From: Epiperipatus broadwayi
Lineage: Eukaryota; Animalia; Onychophora
Direction: 5' to 3'
Assembly: GCA_028023455.1 (NCBI GenBank)
Contig: JAQFVV010000008.1
Span: 5,828,001-5,892,000 of the forward strand
DNA length: 64,000 nucleotides
Shown here: positions 14,455 through 26,000 of the stretch, one piece after another
Position numbering within the stretch: the first letter of the stretch is position 1
Layout of the letters: each line of letters opens with the position of its first letter
Program-made: the position numbers and the translations under genes
Notes under the pieces: generated by a model
Told to the model about the DNA's origin: nothing
The model's database searches: none
What the model saw: the letters and a program-made list of their open reading frames with translations, nothing else

Positions 14455-15021
14455 TCTAGAGATTATTCAATAATAAACAGTATTCCTGAAGTGTAATTCA
14501 TTACTTTGCATGAGAGTAGTGAAAATTACAACTACAGAAAATATTGTCAAATCTATTTTTTTTATTTATTTTCTTTGAAAAATGAAATGTAGCCAAAAAT
14601 GTAAATTATGAGGAAGTTCTACACTTGAAAAAACTTATTTGGGAATTGGAAAATTAAATAATATTGCATAACTATTTGCATTCTAATAAAAAATCAAAGA
14701 TAGTTGCTGATAAACTAAAGAGTTTGAACATACATTTTACTTAGATATATAGCTTTTTATCTTCAAGGAGGTAGAAATAACTATAATTGGAAGCTATGGA
14801 GAGCTAAAACTTTGGTCAGAAGATCCAATTCAAGAATTTTCTAAAACATATATATTTTTCTTCATTGCTTCAATGTAATAAGCTACACAGTTTAGATGAA
14901 AGAAGAAATATTTATGGAAATTGGAATTACACTATTTTAATATACTTCTTATTAATTTATAACTGTCAACAGTAAAGCTTGTCCTTGCATTAGAATAAAT
15001 AAACTTCTTTTGAATTACAAA

Positions 15022-15320
15022 TTATCCATTGTACTTTAAACACCTTTTAGCAAAAACTTTTATTGTACATATATGCATATGCAATGTCAAGTTCCAACTG
15101 TCCTGCAGTCTTCTTCAGAGCCACTTTTACTTTAATTTGAAAAATTAAAGTAAAAGTAGTTTTGAAGAAATCAATTAAAGTAAAAGTGGCTCTGAAGAAG
15201 GCAATTAAAGTAAAAGTGGCTCTGAAGAAGACTGCAGGACAGTAGAAATATAAGATTGTGTATGCATATATGTACAATAAAGGATTTTTCTAAAAAATTT
15301 TAATGTTCAGTGGATAATTT
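15022..15320. repeat. Head-to-head inverted repeat with three 30-bp tandem units and a degenerate minimal HHR in each arm
   Basis: Left arm 15022-15137 is the reverse complement of ~15203-15320; aattaaagtaaaagtggctctgaagaag recurs at 15143, 15173 and 15203. Confidence 0.85.
15216..15262 (+). ncRNA. Degenerate minimal (PLE-type) hammerhead ribozyme
   Basis: CTGAAGA-AG-ACTG-cagga-CAGT-A-GAAA-TATA; stem II pairs, stem I is poor; mirror copy on the minus strand at ~15081-15125. Confidence 0.4.
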
Positions 15321-15496
15321 GCATTTATATAAGATATTATAGCAAAATAAAGGAAGTGGTGAATTTGGTAATATTTCTTTTGAATTATTTATGCTAAAAT
15401 AAAAGTTTGTTGAAAGTTAGTGATGATGGCATTTTAGTATTAATCATACATTGGACTATATCTATCATCTAATATTAAGAATTAAATGTTATTAGA

Positions 15497-15830
15497 AAAA
15501 TTTTTAAACTTTATTTAAATTTTCTAAATAGATTCAACTGCTTGTAATAGTTTTAGGTTAGTATATAATGCAACTTTTCAAGGATATTCTTCTTCTATTA
15601 TCTTCAGATGTTGTTGGCCTAATCAGTGACAATATTAGCATGGGAATCGAACCTGGACTTTTCGATCTATGAATATTGAATTTCAAGGTAAAGTTCTGAC
15701 TAACCAAATTATATTCATTAATCTAAAGGTCCAGGTTCAATTCTCATACTAGTACTGTCATCAGTCAGTCCAGTAACACTTGAAAAAGAGAGGAGAATAC
15801 CATTTGAAATGTGTTACATACTAACCTATG
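15497..15830. mobile_element. Inverted pair of tRNA-head + degenerate HHR modules, related to the 3' region of the PLE at 61516-63425
   Basis: 15497-15700 aligns by eye with 61575-61790 (aaactttatttaaa..tcttcag(a/g)tgttg(t/c)tggcct..gacaatatt..gaatatt(g/a)aattt(c/a)agg). B-box GGTTCGATTCC on the minus strand at ~15643-15653; inverted partner at 15711-15830. Confidence 0.65.
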
Positions 15831-17512
15831 TGCTATTTCTAATAGGTCAATATATTTGCAAAGTTTAAATAAAGTATAAAAATTTTCTAAAGACATTAAA
15901 TTTTAATGATAGAAATAGTCCAAGTTATAATTAATGCTAAAATAAAAGTTTATTTATATAGAAAATTAGATTTAATTCCATTTGCAGAAAATTTAATTTT
16001 AACTTTAAAAAAATTAAAGAAAACTGGATAATATATGCAAGAGAACTTTACTGGGACTCTCAAAATGAACTATCTTACTACAAAATTTAAAATATATTAT
16101 TTTTATTTCCGTTGTTAGAAGTACAAATAAACAGATAAGAAAAAAAGGATTTGAAAAATCATTGCATATGTATACTACATAATCAATGATATTTGACACA
16201 ACATTTGAATTATTGATTTAGCATTTCATTTTAAACATTATATAGCAGAAATTGTTTCCATCATATTTGTAAAGTATAACTTTTTTTTCCTCAAAATTTT
16301 ATTGTTTTAATATAATTTTGTTATTTCTAAAGGTGTTTTTTTTTTTTTAAATAATAAAGGTAAAATGATTTTATTTTGTTACAAACCATTTTAACTGAAG
16401 ATCATTTCTATGAAAAATTAATTGTTCAGTTTAAGCCTCGATTTAGCCACAATAAGCATTTAAGATTATTAATTTAAAATTCATTTGTTTATTTTTAAAA
16501 ATGCATATAAGTAAATGTGGTAAGTTTTTTAACACAAAATATTTTAATTTATAAAGTTATACATTTCATTTTTAAATGTAGTTAAGATGTTTATTATTGA
16601 AAATATCTCAAATACTATACTGTATAAGACTGATAGATAAGATGCTCACAATGATGTCTAGAGATTAGAGGGCTTAAGAAATGAAATCTATAAACGAATT
16701 ATGTAAGATAAATTAATAACTAAGTTTTAAAAAATGAGTTAATTTATTAAGAAAACGTGGATGCTATATGATTTGCACATTGGCGTGGCACAAACAATAC
16801 ACGTGGAATCTTTCTGTATATATATATACACATCAGCAAATATTAAAATAGCTATCTAAACTTATTTATTTATAATATTTTGTATACATAAAACAAAACA
16901 TAAGTATGAGGAATTATTTTCAAAAAAATATATCAAATCGTGTCTTCTGATAAATAAACATCATATTTAAAAATTCACACTATTTACCGTTTTGTTTTTG
17001 TTATAATTTTTTATTTATTTCAAGCTTGCTATTTATTTAAAAATTCATCTTTCGTTATCACAAACGATAATTTAGTTCATTCAGTCAGACACCAGAAAAA
17101 TCAATTATGCGAGTCTGAAGAAAGATGTTGTCCAAGTAAATGTCAAGATGCTTCCCCAAGCAATAGTAAAAAAAAAAAGAAAAAGACAGTTTAAAGACTT
17201 GACAAGTTAGCTTGACCAAATCTGTGATTTATTAGATTTGCCTTTTTATTTAACTTATCATGAAGTCACTTTAAAAAGTATATTCAGTGTCAAATTATTT
17301 TAAGCGTGATAGTTTTTATAATTAGATGGTGCGTGTGTATTCTCTGCATATTAATTTTTATCATACACATTTATATACTTTAAAATCGTTGATAACATGA
17401 AGTTATCATTAATAGATTTTAAATATAAATAATTGTAGCAGTGTCACTTCTTAAATCTTTATAAAATTTGAATGTACTATATTTCTTTATGATTGTATTT
17501 TAAGACAGATAC

Positions 17513-17830
17513 TTTTCCTCAGGCTATGACTTAAAAGCTCTGTCAGTATTGAACAAAGTAATCAAGAATAGAATGAATTCACCTACTCTTAGTTGCTCTC
17601 ATGTTTATAAGCATGCCTTTGTCAACATTGTTGATAATTATTACAATCTAGGGTTAAAAGTGAGATGCTGTCTCCAGCCTTGTATTATTAATTATGAGTT
17701 TAACAACTCTTAAGTGCCATATTCCATCTGGTTGTAAACATCAGAGCAACTAAGAATAGGTGAATTCATTCTATTCTTGATTTTATTGTTCAACATTTAG
17801 AGCGCTTTCAAATCATAGCCAGAGGAGAAG
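17513..17830. repeat. Inverted repeat, ~98-bp arms (17513-17610 / 17732-17830), ~120-bp spacer
   Basis: atcaagaatagaatgaattcacctactcttagttgctct versus agagcaactaagaataggtgaattcattctattcttgat. Confidence 0.85.
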
Positions 17831-17959
17831 TGATGTAATCCCTTTGTTTTCATTTATTTACAAATTTGAATGTAAATTGTTTTTTTTTATTATTTACCTG
17901 CATCTATTATTTTTAATTTATCATTTGTTTTTTAATTTTAAGTACAAGTACTGTATATT

Positions 17960-18091
17960 GAAATATACTGAACCTTAGATTTAATTAAAAAGAATTTGAA
18001 CACAGACTTTCAAGTTCCCTTCAGGTAACCACTCCATCTTAAATAATCGATGCACATGACCACATGCATGTGAAAAAGATAAATGATCTCC
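17960..18091 (-). mobile_element. Partial copy of HHR family 2 (3' part only)
   Basis: gaatttgaacacagactttcaag..catgaccacatgcatgtgaaaaagataaatgatc matches 18645-18740 and 53010-53110. Confidence 0.55.
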
Positions 18092-18208
18092 TTTCTGATG
18101 CAGATTAGTTAAAATTATTTTTGATGCTATTATTTATAAACATGGTTTCTCTTTATCGAAAACCGTATGTTTTAGAAAACTGTATGTTTTAAAATATAGG
18201 GTTTCATT

Positions 18209-18239
<31 letters not shown>

Positions 18240-18734
18240 CGCACATATGTGTGTAAGATGTATATTTATTTGCATAGCACATGTAGTTTTAAGTTCATAA
18301 TAGTAAAAACATTTTCAGAAATTAAATTTTAAAAAAGAAAAAGTACAGATTTAAATCATAAAATCATGGCAGAATTATTCATGAACAAAATTTGTTCATA
18401 GTTAACATTGTATAACTAATTTTTCTTATTAGAATTTATGTATGACTTACATAGATTAGAAATAAATTTACATATTGAAAACTAGTCAAGAAATTTAAAA
18501 CCATAGTTTGAAAACATACCTTCCAATTCACTTATGTTTATTTTTAGAATGTTTTTATATATTCACATTTGCCCTGACCTAAGCTAAAAATGCTATATAC
18601 TTTTATTCTATTTGTTTTTCAGTTTAAGTAATATATAAATATAGGGGATTTGAACTCAGACTTTCAAGCCTCTTCACTATTCATACTACCTCACAATACT
18701 GATACCCATGACCACACACATGCAGACAAGATAA

Positions 18735-18793
18735 ATAATCACCAATATACATATTTTGTGCTAAACCAGCACTCATCAGCTGGTCCAGATTAC
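18735..18793 (-). ncRNA. Type I hammerhead ribozyme, family 2 (G12A)
   Basis: GTAATC-tgg-ACCAG-CTGATGA-GTGC-tggttta-GCAC-AAAA-TATGTATA-TTGGT-GATTAT: bulged stem I, stem II and core present; GAAA reads AAAA. Confidence 0.8.
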
Positions 18794-19200
18794 CATCTCC
18801 CATACATATATATAATCAGTGCTCACTTTATATTAAGATAGAAAATCCTTACACTTTAATGGACAGGTTTCAACCTATTCCACTTCTTCAGCCATCCATA
18901 CCATTGAAAATCTGATGATAGAATTCCCAAATCCCATGCTGATGCCAATATTGTTGTCATGCCCATGTATTTAAATGGATACTGTCCTATATGTGAGGGG
19001 TCAGAGTGACTTAGGTCAACAAGGGCATGACAACGATATTGGCATCAGCATGGGATTTGGGAATTCTATCATCAGATTTTCAATGGTATGGATGGCTGAA
19101 GAGTTGGAGGTTGGAGTAGGTTGAAGCCTGTCCATTAAAGTGTAAGGATTTGCTATCTTAATTTAAACTGAGCACTGATTATATATATTTATGGGAGATG

Positions 19201-19259
19201 GTGATCTGGACCAACTGATGAGTGCTGATTTAGTACAAAATACATATATTGGTGATTAT
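19201..19259 (+). ncRNA. Type I hammerhead ribozyme, family 2 (G12A)
   Basis: GTGATC-tgg-ACCAA-CTGATGA-GTGC-tgattta-GTAC-AAAA-TACATATA-TTGGT-GATTAT. Confidence 0.8.
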
Positions 19260-20244
19260 TTATTTTTTCTGCATATGTGTGGTCATGTGTATCAGTAGTA
19301 TGAGATAGTGTGGATATTGAAGAGGCTTAAAGTCTGAGTTCAAATACCCTATATTTACAATTAGGCTCCAGGTATAAGAGTACCTGTTATTTCACATCTT
19401 ATAGTTTAAGTAATAATAAAGTTTTCAATATAAAAGTTACAGTTAATCAGATTAATGCAGTATAGACAATGTGAATTTAATTCCACAAATACCAATTATA
19501 TAATTATGTTTATGAATGTTTTTTATATATACTTTCCATCTTGAGAGACAAAATTAAAGTATAGGTTTATTCCCAGGAGACTTTGAAGTTGTCAATTAAG
19601 ACAATAGCTGGCAAAAATCAGAGTGTATTAAGAAGCTGATGACTGTAGATCTAGGATGTTTTCAATTATAACCTTTTATTTAGCTATATACAACTGTAGA
19701 TTATATATTTAATTAAAGGAAAATGTATGACTTGGGAAAATAATTTTTATATATTTTCTATCTAAAATAAACTCTAGATTCTTTGTGAGCACATTGGTTT
19801 TACATAGTAATGTATACTACTCACAGGGTGAGCCACGGGAAGACTATAAGGATTAAATTATTGATATAAACTGTCTGCTTTTTAAAGACATGTTGTTTTT
19901 TTTGGATAGAAATAATTAAAAAAGATATTTTGCTTTCATAATTTTTTTTTTAAAAATGTGATGATTTTCTGAAATATATTAAAGAGTTTAAAATATTTGT
20001 CTAAAAAAAAACAACAATAGGACTGAAACGGCAGTAAAAATATTAACTGTATTTTGTCATTTTCAGGTAAAATTAGCTTATATTTATGAAGCGCAATGAT
20101 TTTTGTTTAAGATTCATAAATTTGAAATGTTTTGATTTGTTTCAAGCTATTTTAAAGAAATGTAATGCATATTACATTATGAACAATAAAAATATTTGCT
20201 GATTCTGTCATTTTCAGTTAAAACTAGTTAATTTTTTTTGTCAA

Positions 20245-20316
20245 GCGTTGGTGGCCTAGTGGTTAGCATATCTGCCTTCCAAGCAGCTGGCCCGGGTTTG
20301 CTTCCTGGTCAATGCA
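20245..20316 (+). pseudogene. trnG-TCC: tRNA-Gly(TCC) pseudogene or tRNA-derived retroposon
   Basis: GCGTTGGTGGCCTAGTGGTTAGCATATCTGCCTTCCAAGCAGCTGGCCCGGGTTTGCTTCCTGGTCAATGCA follows the eukaryotic tRNA-Gly(TCC) sequence, anticodon TCC at 20278-20280. T-loop TTCG reads TTTG, with further CpG-type changes; flanked by aaaactagtta direct repeats. Confidence 0.85.
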
Positions 20317-20635
20317 TTTGACATATATATAAAAAAAACTAGTTATTTTTTACTAAAATGTAATGGTTTTTGTTTAAGATTAATAAATTTGAATTTTTTT
20401 TTTACCTGTCTCAGATGGTTAGAGATTTTTTTCCAAATAAGGGAGTCAAATCAAAAACTTGCCTATTATAAATCAACTATTTCAGAAATTTGAAATCTAA
20501 AGTTGATTGAAAAGTTCATTATTTTAAATAAATTGTATTCAGAAAGACAAAATAATATTCTGAAACTTTTATTGTGTTAGTGACAACAAAAGTTAATAGA
20601 ATAAAATAATACTTTTTTTTCTCTCATGTGTCATA

Positions 20636-20713
20636 GCATCAGCCGGAAGCGAACCCGCTAACTCGGGACAACTGCTTGTAAGGAGTTGTCGCTGACCTCT
20701 CGACCACCAATGC
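20636..20713 (-). pseudogene. Divergent tRNA-Gly-derived sequence (SINE-head-like)
   Basis: GCATTGGTGGTCGAGAGGTCAGC-GACAACT-ccttacaagc-AGTTGTC-CCGAGTTAGCGGGTTCGCTTCCGGCTGATGC: A-box, B-box-like GGTTCGCTTCC, perfect 7-bp stem. Confidence 0.6.
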
Positions 20714-23700
20714 TTGACTATAAAATAATAAATTCAAAGTGGATTTCTATCACGGCCACCATAAAAATATTTCATTAATGCATCTTAGTGATATAAAGAA
20801 TTCAGTATTTTTTTTTTGATTTTTCTCTAAATAATGAAATACTAGAATAAATTATGCTTTGGACAACTATTATTGATGATGATCAAGTGTAGCAGGTTCT
20901 AATTTTTTCCACCCAATTATAATACAGAGGCATTAACAAATGTGCTTCAAAATTACAATCCATTGCATACAGTTTGATGATCATCCTTTTTACCAATCGG
21001 ACCACTTCTGTATTTTGTATAGAATAACTTTTCTTTTTTACTTTCATTTTAATTATCAAACTGCTGATACAAGAATAAAGTTTTTATATATATAATTAAA
21101 CAATATTTACATTTAAGATTTTTAAATGCTTTTGTGATTTATAATTAATGGTAGCGAAAAAAAAAGACAATATTTACTTTAAAGTCAATCAGATCAGCAA
21201 AAGTTACTTCAATGCTTAGACGGCACTATCAAAACATTAATATATTTTTTTTAATATCCCAGTTGTGTTTTAATAAAAAAATAAAGACAAAAATGGAAAT
21301 TAGTTAATGATAAAATGGACTTTTGGGAATTTTTAAGAACTTGGTAAATAATGTAAGAACTTTAAAATTTTTGATAGTTAAAAATCCACAAATAATATAA
21401 TTCAAGTTCAAACGATATATGTGTGTGCTTCAGTTAGTAATAATTAAAAGAATTTATAACAAACAAGAAAATGTTAATCGCAAAATACCTACTAAATTTT
21501 AATGCTAATTAGTGAATATAGTTAATGTCGTAAGGTGTTTTGCTATTTAAGGGCGTACTCTAGATACAGTTGAATTTTGGTCTCTGAAAAAAAAAAGTGC
21601 ATAAAATATTTATAAAAAACAATGACTAATCAGATTTGAACTAGTACTGCATTATTTTTTTTTTAAAGTAAAATAACTTTTTAAATAAATAATCTTCCCT
21701 GAAGGCGAAAACCTCTCCCAATGAATTTCACGCAATAAGGCAATACTTATTATGATCATCATTTGCTGAGTGGTGAATTTCAAATCTTTATTTTACGCTC
21801 TAGCTATGTTTACCTATTTACCAATCAAAGTTAAATAGTTAGCTAGGGTGGCAATGGGTTATCTACTAGAGAGATAAAAACATGGATTACAAATAATAGT
21901 AAAGTATCTCTAATTGTACACTATCACATGATGAAAGTTTCAATTAATTTCATACCTAATCATATATTGTTCCCTATTAATGAAATTTAATTTCAAATAG
22001 GTATATTCACCTACTTAGTTTGGAACAGTGGTGAAAGTGACAAGCTGAAGAGCTAAATGTTCCTAGATTGATTCCGAATTGAATAATGTGGGAATCAAAT
22101 CTCAGTTGGGTCAGTTGAATAAAAATGTTATGTTATAGTTTGATGTTTTAGCATTATTTGACATCCAGAAAAATTGGCAATGTTGGTTTTGTTAATTCTA
22201 ATTATATATATATTGTGGTGAATTAAATATATATATGGTACAGGATAAAAAAAATGTAAGACAATTGCAAGACAAAGCCACAGATCTTCACAAAAGACCA
22301 ATGAGGAAGAAAGCAGTACTCACTACACTTTCCAATTCACATGTATGAGGATTTAACAAACTTTTTTATTTTATCATATACCTAAGAATGTATAGGTACT
22401 CATTTATCAACTAATACTTAATAGTAGGCTTGTTTGATTTTTAGGTTAATAACTCAAAGAAAAATCAAGTCTGATAAAAAAAAAATTAACATCCCAAGGC
22501 ATGATAGGTAAATGCATTGTCATTGTATCGTGAGATTCATTCACATACATTTATATATCCATAGTATTATATTCATATATATACTTTTTTGTTTCTATTA
22601 TCAATACATAGTATCTATTCAAAATGATAAGGTTAGTTATTAAAGTAACCAAAAATCATGTCACCTTTACAGATGGTTATTCTTTCATTTCACCACGAGG
22701 CTCTTCTAGATACATAACAGTGCTTTATTTGTTCAATTGATTATCCTTGTCTCTAAGTGATGCAATATAATGGAATCTCAAATTTGTTGGACATATATAA
22801 TGTCAGATAAAAATTAAGAGCAGTTAAAAATGTAACTGAAATGAGTTTGATAATTTATTAAAATACATATTTTCAACTATATATATATAAACTACTATCA
22901 AAAACTGTGAAATCCATGAGCAAAGAGTAATTAATTCAATTTTTCAAAAAGGGGAAAAAAGGACAAAAATGGATATTTTTTTTAAAAATTAAACTGTATA
23001 GAAAAATGAAAAATAAGTTCATGTATAAATGTTTATCAAAAACACATAAATGCAAATTTGTTATGCACATGTCTACATACTGAAATATTAAGAGATTCTA
23101 GTTTATATACTATACATCATAATAATATCTATATTAAGAAAATATTATTATCATAATAGATTGCAGATTGAATTGTTTTGAAGGAAAGCTAATTAATAAT
23201 TTATTGGTAATCAGACATAAATAGTAGTAATGAGCAAAAATAAGAGTTGAATACTGAAAAAAAAAGAGGAAGCAGCTAGGGCAAATGAGGATTATCTTGT
23301 TTAGAACTTGACACCACAAGGACTTGCTGCACTGCAAGATGATGGCCTCAACTACTGTGCAATAGATGATAGACAATATCCCAGCAACTCCTCTATATAG
23401 TTCAAAAATGGATTTGGAATTCGTTATAGCTCATATTAATCTCTGTCTTTAATAAATCTTAGGCAATTAAAATCTGTTGTAAATAAAAATATATAAGATA
23501 ATGAATATAAATACTTGTGCCTTATACAATATTAATTATATATTATCAAGTTTAATATTGTAATAAATTCATAATCTATTAATTTAAGGTTAACATTTAT
23601 ATGTTGTTTGTGTTCAAGTGTGACAAATTCACCTTTACCACAGCATGCATCCATGGTGATATAATTGATACATTACTAGTATAACTAATTATTCCAACAA

Positions 23701-25399
23701 GATGGTATCTGTGCTTCAAGTAAATTTTAAAAGCACTTGATACAGATAACAAGCAGATTGACTGTATTATGCTAAGAAAATAGAAAATATATTTTTTTGT
23801 AAATGGGATTATGGATGAGACCATAAAAGCAGCCACTTTATTTTGCTATGCATTGTTAAGGATCATTAAAATAATCAAACAATTGTATGAACCCAGAAGG
23901 CCTGAGAAATTACAACATATGAAGATTGTGGACAAACTAAATAAATATTTAGTTCATAGAACATTCATCTAATTGTATTTACTTTGCTATGCAGTACAAA
24001 AAATAATGAAATAGCTAACCTGCTGCATAAATTGTAAGATTCTGAGTAATTTCAATATGCAGAGTTTGTGGGTAGATTAAATAAAAACTTTAGCTTACAG
24101 CTATATAAGCACATCAGATTGCATTTCTGTAATATACAATAATCTGAGGGAAAAGATATAGCAACATGATTTTGCAAACAGAATTTGACAAAGAATTGAA
24201 TCTATCAAAATTTCATAGAGGAAACTCTTTTAGAGCAAATATTATGGAGAATGTAAAGTGATAAGTTTAGACAACAGTTACTTAGTAGTATCAATAATTA
24301 TGTGCTTATAACACTCGTTAAAGAAGTTATATATATTATCTGTCTTATATTAAAGCCATTAAATGTAAAAAAAGTTTACAAATTAATTATAGATCAGATA
24401 AAGGATTTTACATTTAAGAAACTTAGACAAATAGTTGTTTATAAAAAAATTTAAAAATGAAACCACTGAAAAGAAAAACAGTAAAATATTACTGTTGTGG
24501 AGTCCAAGATATCTAGACTGAAGTTGTATATGACAAAATGAATGATATAATGAATTTGGATCAGCAGGTCATTTAGCAATGATTTGTATTAAGATTAAAA
24601 TGTGAGATTGAAATCTATATAAAATCTAGAATGAAGATAAGGAATACAAACTGCAAAAATGTGTAAATTATGTGGAAACAGAGAAAAAAATGAAACAAAA
24701 TCATTGCCATGGAAATTGACAATTTGTCTTTCATTAGTGATAATTAAAGTTTGCTAATCCCATATGACTGAAAATAAAATCATTCTTAAAGCACAGAATA
24801 CTATTGATATTCCCAAAAAATGAACTAGTTCAAATAATGACTCAGGCTAAATCAATATTAAAGCCTGCCATTATACATAATCTATATTAGTATTACTCCA
24901 ATAATAAGCAGAACAAGGATTAAACCTCTTCGCATTGAAGTCTCCATTGTCAAAAGGTCACTCACAATGGGTCTGGAAATAAAAAATATTAATTTTCCAA
25001 ATTATTTTTTTTAAAAAAAACAGCAAAATTAACCCTGTGCCTATAGAAATAGATATTTATGATGTTGCAAAACTTGTAATATGTAAACATCATAAGATAT
25101 CCTTCATACAGAAAAAAAAGTAGAACAAAATTATTTGCAGCTTATAGTTCAAAGGGATCCTTTTTTTTTGGACTGGCTGTTTGAGAGTTGGACTTTTATA
25201 TATTTATTCATAAAGGGCATAGCTAAAATTTCTTAATGTTTTGACAGTGATTTGATATTTCATTTTATCTAGCAATATGCAGTCAGATTATTTCCTATAT
25301 ATTTCTTATATATTTGTGTTGAGAGTTTGCAAAGATTAAAATGAATAATGTTTAGTCTTTCATTCTATACATATATTAAACATGTTTGTTTATTAACAA

Positions 25400-26000
25400 T
25401 TTAAGATCATTGTTTATTTAAATTTCAAACTCTTTGTTTGAATAAATCCATAATTCAATACTTTATCCAATGCAGTTTATAGTGGTAATGTGTTGGCAAA
25501 TCGGACTTATATATATTAATTCATAGAGAGTGTTCTGCTTATGATAGTTTCAGCTGGATTAGTTTGGATATTTTGGTAAATTTTATATAGAAAGTTGGAT
25601 TTAAGTGGTGAGATACAAGAGATTATATATATTTATTTTAACTAAATTAGTTGTGTGTAGGGCTGTTGCCAAGACAAATATATTATCTGAAAGTAAAACC
25701 CCTATCATTATATAACACATAGGTACTAGAAACTTTTATTTAAGAATTCTTGTAATATTCTGAAAATATAATGAGTAAAATCAAAATATCTATCAGTATG
25801 TTTTTCATCTTAGTGGATTTAATAATATTGAATCCATAATTAAAAGAACATATCTTCACTGGATTAAGCATGTGAAGTGAATATAGAAAAAAACTTTGTA
25901 AAGACAGGTATTTTATTAAAACGTCAAATATTTTATAATTATTTCTAAGAGCAGTATTAACTGTTTGTGTGGGATGATATGCTAATAACATAATAGGTAA
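25400..26000 (-). mobile_element. Decayed Penelope-like element (RT-EN linker and GIY-YIG relic)
   Basis: ORF 25740..25991 LLAYHPTQTVNTALRNNYKIF..STKMKNILI resembles the PLE linker (L.YHP..L..F..NL.D.L); downstream PICQH resembles PVA.HF. Confidence 0.4.

Larger units (their letters stand above)
18637..19357. mobile_element. HHR family 2 element as head-to-head palindrome (arms 18637-18964 and 19023-19357, 58-bp spacer)
   Basis: Arms are reverse complements; each carries a type I HHR followed by a B-box-like GAGTTCAAAT(C/A)CC near the outer end. Confidence 0.9.

Noticed and set aside
13713-14459. Four ORFs, including a poly-Pro stretch
   Set aside because: They lie in the probable read-noise/vector artefact.
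23200-24700. Possible ancient LINE on the plus strand
   Set aside because: No diagnostic motif could be read with confidence.
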